From the IMG/VR virus record IMGVR_UViG_3300008113_000015, positions 107,609 through 127,608 of that record: 20,000 bases of DNA. The stretch is one strand, 5' to 3'. The notes under the pieces were generated by a model. That model did not search any database, was not told the origin of the DNA, and saw only the letters and a list, made by a program, of their open reading frames with translations. The position numbers and the translations under genes are program-made. This stretch comes from an uncultured virus (IMG/VR IMGVR_UViG_3300008113_000015). Lineage: Duplodnaviria > Heunggongvirae > Uroviricota > Caudoviricetes. Shown here in pieces: positions 17,419 through 20,000 of the stretch; positions within the stretch are counted from its first letter, which is position 1, and every line of letters begins with the position of its first letter.

Positions 17419-18567
17419 ATGAACCCCAACGAACTTATTGAAACTGGAAACCAATTTAGATCCAAAAACCAACCCGAACAAGCATTAAGTTGCTATGCGC
17501 AGGCCTTTGTTCAAGATCGACACTATGCCGCTGCATTCAACAACTACGGCAATGTACTGCGAGAAGTTGGAGAACCAGAAAATGCCGTTCCGTTTTTACA
17601 ACGTGCAATACAGTTGGATCCTAATAACATCACTGCCAAATTTAATCTAGCCATTGCTTATTTGTTGGCTGGAGATTACAAACAAGGATGGCCCGCCTAT
17701 GAACATCGCTGGGACTACGAGCACCTAGCAGGAACCATGCCGCCATTTACTAAACCAAGATGGCGTGGAGAAGATCTTCGAGGTAAAACTATTCTAGTTG
17801 TAGGCGAACAAGGCCATGGGGACAATATTCAGTTTGTGAGGTTTTTATACAACCTGCATGTGATGGGTGCAGAGATTATACTGCAAGTAACTGACGGGCT
17901 GATTCCGTTATTGAAATCCAGTGCCATACTAAAACGAGTCACAGGATACGATTACAGCATTGACGATTTTGATGTTTGGACTCCCATAATGAGTATTCCC
18001 GGACTGCTAGGGGTGGACTTGTCTAACTTACCTCGTCCTGTGAACTATCTCAACGCAGATGCTGGGCTACAAAAACAGTGGCTTGCTTACTTTGGTCCAA
18101 AAACAAAAATGCGAGTAGGATTCAGTTGGAGTGGTCGTCGAGACAACTGGTTGAATCGTCACAAAGGCATGCCATTTGATCAAATGATGGAATTGATCAA
18201 ATCAAATCCTCAATACGAATGGATTAACTTGCAGGCAGACTGTACTCCAGAAGAAGAGATGCAGCTCAAACAAGCAGGCGCACATTGTTTGCCGCCTAAT
18301 CCAAACATGTGGGCTGACACCGCTGCTCAGATGATGAGCATGGATGTAATTGTCAGCGTCGATACTGCTGTGGCCCATTTGGCTGCGGCCCTGGGTCGTC
18401 CTACCTGGCTAATGTTGAATTGGTTTGGGGTTGATTGGCGTTGGTTAACCAAACGGGAAGATAGTCCTTGGTACTCGACTATGCGTGTGTTTAGACAACC
18501 TGCTATGGGAGACTGGGTAAGTGTGACTCGCAAGGTTGGCCAGTATCTGTCGTGGTTCAAGGTATAA
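17419..18567 (+). CDS. TPR-repeat protein with a C-terminal GT-B (GT9/heptosyltransferase-like) glycosyltransferase domain
   Basis: About 3 TPRs (AFNNYGNVLREVG, LQRAIQLDPNN, AKFNLAIAYLLAGDY) are followed by EQGHGDNIQFVRF, PIMSIP, RVGFSWSG, DTAAQMMSMDVIVSVDTAVAHLAAALGRPTW, DWRW and DSPWY motifs. I prefer the ATG at 17419 over the TTG at 17401. Confidence 0.85.
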   Translation: MNPNELIETGNQFRSKNQPEQALSCYAQAFVQDRHYAAAFNNYGNVLREVGEPENAVPFLQRAIQLDPNNITAKFNLAIAYLLAGDYKQGWPAYEHRWDYEHLAGTMPPFTKPRWRGEDLRGKTILVVGEQGHGDNIQFVRFLYNLHVMGAEIILQVTDGLIPLLKSSAILKRVTGYDYSIDDFDVWTPIMSIPGLLGVDLSNLPRPVNYLNADAGLQKQWLAYFGPKTKMRVGFSWSGRRDNWLNRHKGMPFDQMMELIKSNPQYEWINLQADCTPEEEMQLKQAGAHCLPPNPNMWADTAAQMMSMDVIVSVDTAVAHLAAALGRPTWLMLNWFGVDWRWLTKREDSPWYSTMRVFRQPAMGDWVSVTRKVGQYLSWFKV

Positions 18568-18568
18568 T

Positions 18569-18678
18569 CTAGTACAATACACATGTATCCAATATAAGAT
18601 ACAATACTAGCAAGGTCGTTAAACTATATTATTGACCCCAACTACTCCTGGCATGACCCGCCTGGATGTTGGGGTTTT
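18569..18678 (+). ncRNA. Candidate structured RNA and/or terminator between convergent genes
   Basis: Nested stems CTAGTA/TACTAG and TGTATC/GATACA, then a long interrupted hairpin GACCCCAAC...GTTGGGGTT ending in TTTT. Its loop ATGACC is complementary to the upstream GGTCGT. Confidence 0.45.
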
Positions 18679-18690
18679 CACATAGACAAT

Positions 18691-19578
18691 TTAGGTGTAA
18701 TAAACAATCTCACCTGTTGTGGGATTGTATGCCATTTGATAAAAGCCCGCAGGTAATCCACTGGATCCACCGTTGCGCACAGGTTTCACTGTGAATGTGT
18801 TGGCTGTGGTTTGTTGTAGGTCTGTGCCTGTGGCATTGATGATGATTGAGTTGTTGCCCTGATTCAATTCACCAGCATAGTAACCAATGGCCACTGCTGA
18901 GTTGCCTTGTGCGGTACTGCCAGCCAAGTAACCAATGGCCACTGCACGATTTGCTTGTGAAGTAGCACCAGCATCTGTACCAATAGCCACGGCCTGGATG
19001 CCTTGTGTGTTAGTACCAGCACCAGCACCAACGGCCACTGCGGCATTACCTTGATTGTTTTCTCCAGCTGAGTCCCCAATAGCAACTGCAACTTCTCCCT
19101 GAAAACTCAGCCCAGCACTTAATCCAATGGCCACTGCGTTAACACCTTGTGCATCATAACCAGCCGATGAACCAACGGCTATGGCTCCCGAGCCTTGAAA
19201 TGTGTTGCCACCAGTATTCAGACCGATTGAAATGGATGCGGCGCCTTGTCCGCCTTGACCAGCATATTGACCTAGGGCTATGGCTGCATTGGCCTGGCCG
19301 TCAAGTCCGGCATTTTGGCCCAGGGCTATGGTATTGGGACCTGCGGCACCTGTTTTGTTGCTTAACAGTGCCCAGGTTGTTGCGCCACTGGGTGTAGCAA
19401 CTGCTGTGAGTTCGCCCAGTGCATTGCCTATGTACAAAATAGTTGTGGCTTGATCTACCACAAGTTCCCCAGGTCTAGCATTGCCGTTGTAGTTTGCCAA
19501 TGTCTCTTGAGCATTGTCCTTCATTGCGGCACGTGAAATGCCTGTGATGTTGTCGTATGGTGGTGGTGGATTGGCCAT
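18691..19578 (-). CDS. Adhesin or fibre protein with YadA-head-like AxAIG repeats (295 aa)
   Basis: About 11 tandem repeats of roughly 15 aa (QGxxAVAIGxxAGxx). The N-terminal RPGELVVD...LYIG segment resembles Mtd/hyaluronidase-type anchor domains. There is no autotransporter beta-barrel. Confidence 0.8.
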   Translation of the reverse strand: MANPPPPYDNITGISRAAMKDNAQETLANYNGNARPGELVVDQATTILYIGNALGELTAVATPSGATTWALLSNKTGAAGPNTIALGQNAGLDGQANAAIALGQYAGQGGQGAASISIGLNTGGNTFQGSGAIAVGSSAGYDAQGVNAVAIGLSAGLSFQGEVAVAIGDSAGENNQGNAAVAVGAGAGTNTQGIQAVAIGTDAGATSQANRAVAIGYLAGSTAQGNSAVAIGYYAGELNQGNNSIIINATGTDLQQTTANTFTVKPVRNGGSSGLPAGFYQMAYNPTTGEIVYYT

Positions 19579-19582
19579 ACTT

Positions 19583-19588
19583 TACTTA
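19583..19588 (-). promoter_or_regulatory. Putative late promoter variant TAAGTA
   Basis: The minus strand reads CATAAGTA-AAGT-ATG, immediately after the capsid terminator, with no Shine-Dalgarno sequence. Confidence 0.45.
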
Positions 19589-19601
19589 TGATATTGTTGT
19601 C

Positions 19602-19633
19602 AACAAAAAACCCGCCGAAGCGGGTTTTTTGTT
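19602..19633 (-). terminator. Intrinsic terminator of the major capsid gene with a C(UUCG)G tetraloop
   Basis: The minus strand reads AACAAAAAACCCGC-TTCG-GCGGGTTTTTTGTT, a perfect 14-bp inverted repeat 16 nt after the stop. It is potentially bidirectional. Confidence 0.93.
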
Positions 19634-19649
19634 TGGGTGCAATCTCTGA

Positions 19650-20000
19650 TTAGGAGAAAGACAAGTTAGACACGGCGATCTCACCAACGTAGTCACCAGC
19701 GTTACCAAAGCTGCTAGCAGTGTTGGTAAGTTCGATGTATCCGTAACGAGTCATGAAGCTCACGACTGGTTCGAATGTTGTTGGGTCCAGAACAACACCG
19801 CTGCTCATCAATGGAATGTATGGGCAGTAGAATGCTGGAGCGTCAGCTTCCGAAGAACCTTTGTAACCAACCAACACAGGTGTTGTGTCGCTAGCATAGC
19901 TGTCGACGAACACACGCATTGCGCCGTTCAAGGTACCAACAAACTTGGTGTTTGTAGGAGCTTCGAATGTGCCTTCTGTAGTGCGAGCAAAAGCAGAAGT
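19650..20000 (-). CDS. gp23: Major capsid protein, T4 gp23 family, C-terminal 116 aa (partial)
   Basis: The frame is open to the window edge: TSAFARTTEGTFEAPTNTKFVGTLNGAMRVFVD...LVGYKGSSEADAPAFYCPYIPL...DPTTFEPVVSFMTRYG. These are the characteristic gp23 motifs (GYKG, FYxPYxPL, DPxxFxP, TRYG). Confidence 0.92.
   Translation of the reverse strand, partial: TSAFARTTEGTFEAPTNTKFVGTLNGAMRVFVDSYASDTTPVLVGYKGSSEADAPAFYCPYIPLMSSGVVLDPTTFEPVVSFMTRYGYIELTNTASSFGNAGDYVGEIAVSNLSFS

Noticed and set aside
18612..18676. HDV-like/theta ribozyme or ZTP riboswitch (GGUCGU ... CCCGCCUGG resemblance)
   Set aside because: No P3/P1.1/J4-2 elements fit the HDV fold. The ZTP GACUGGCG and GCC..CGCCUGGGC pattern is incomplete, and no gene lies downstream on that strand.
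1..20000. Alternative genetic code (stop-codon reassignment), given the exclusive use of TAA stops
   Set aside because: Genes tile the window and multi-kb ORFs contain no in-frame TAG or TGA, so nothing requires recoding. Reassignment cannot be formally excluded from this window alone.

Overview
This window is the late (structural) region of a large T4-like myophage genome, with almost all genes on the minus strand. In transcription order (right to left) it holds: the 3' end of a gp23-family major capsid gene with a C(UUCG)G terminator; a YadA-head-like adhesin or fibre gene; a plus-strand TPR plus GT-B (GT9-like) glycosyltransferase; a 250-aa MGRPLK-start virion-type protein behind a structured leader; a putative Maf/DUF115/sialyltransferase-like protein; then a run of Gly/Asn/Thr-rich repeat fibre genes (958, 205, 2457 and 1231 aa) interleaved with small structural genes; and a partial structural gene at the left edge that is absent from the ORF track. 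Main observations: (1) two putative glycosyltransferases sit beside about 14.5 kb of fibre genes saturated with N-x-S/T sequons and Chlorovirus-glycoprotein-like motifs, suggesting a phage-encoded virion glycosylation module. (2) The C-terminal autocleaving chaperone domain of the 1231-aa fibre is broken by a frameshifting deletion of about 119 nt. (3) TAAATA-type late promoters lie in the loops of hairpins that hide the ribosome binding site (RBS). (4) There are two candidate structured, possibly pseudoknotted RNAs. Family assignments come from motif recognition by eye, not from database searches.
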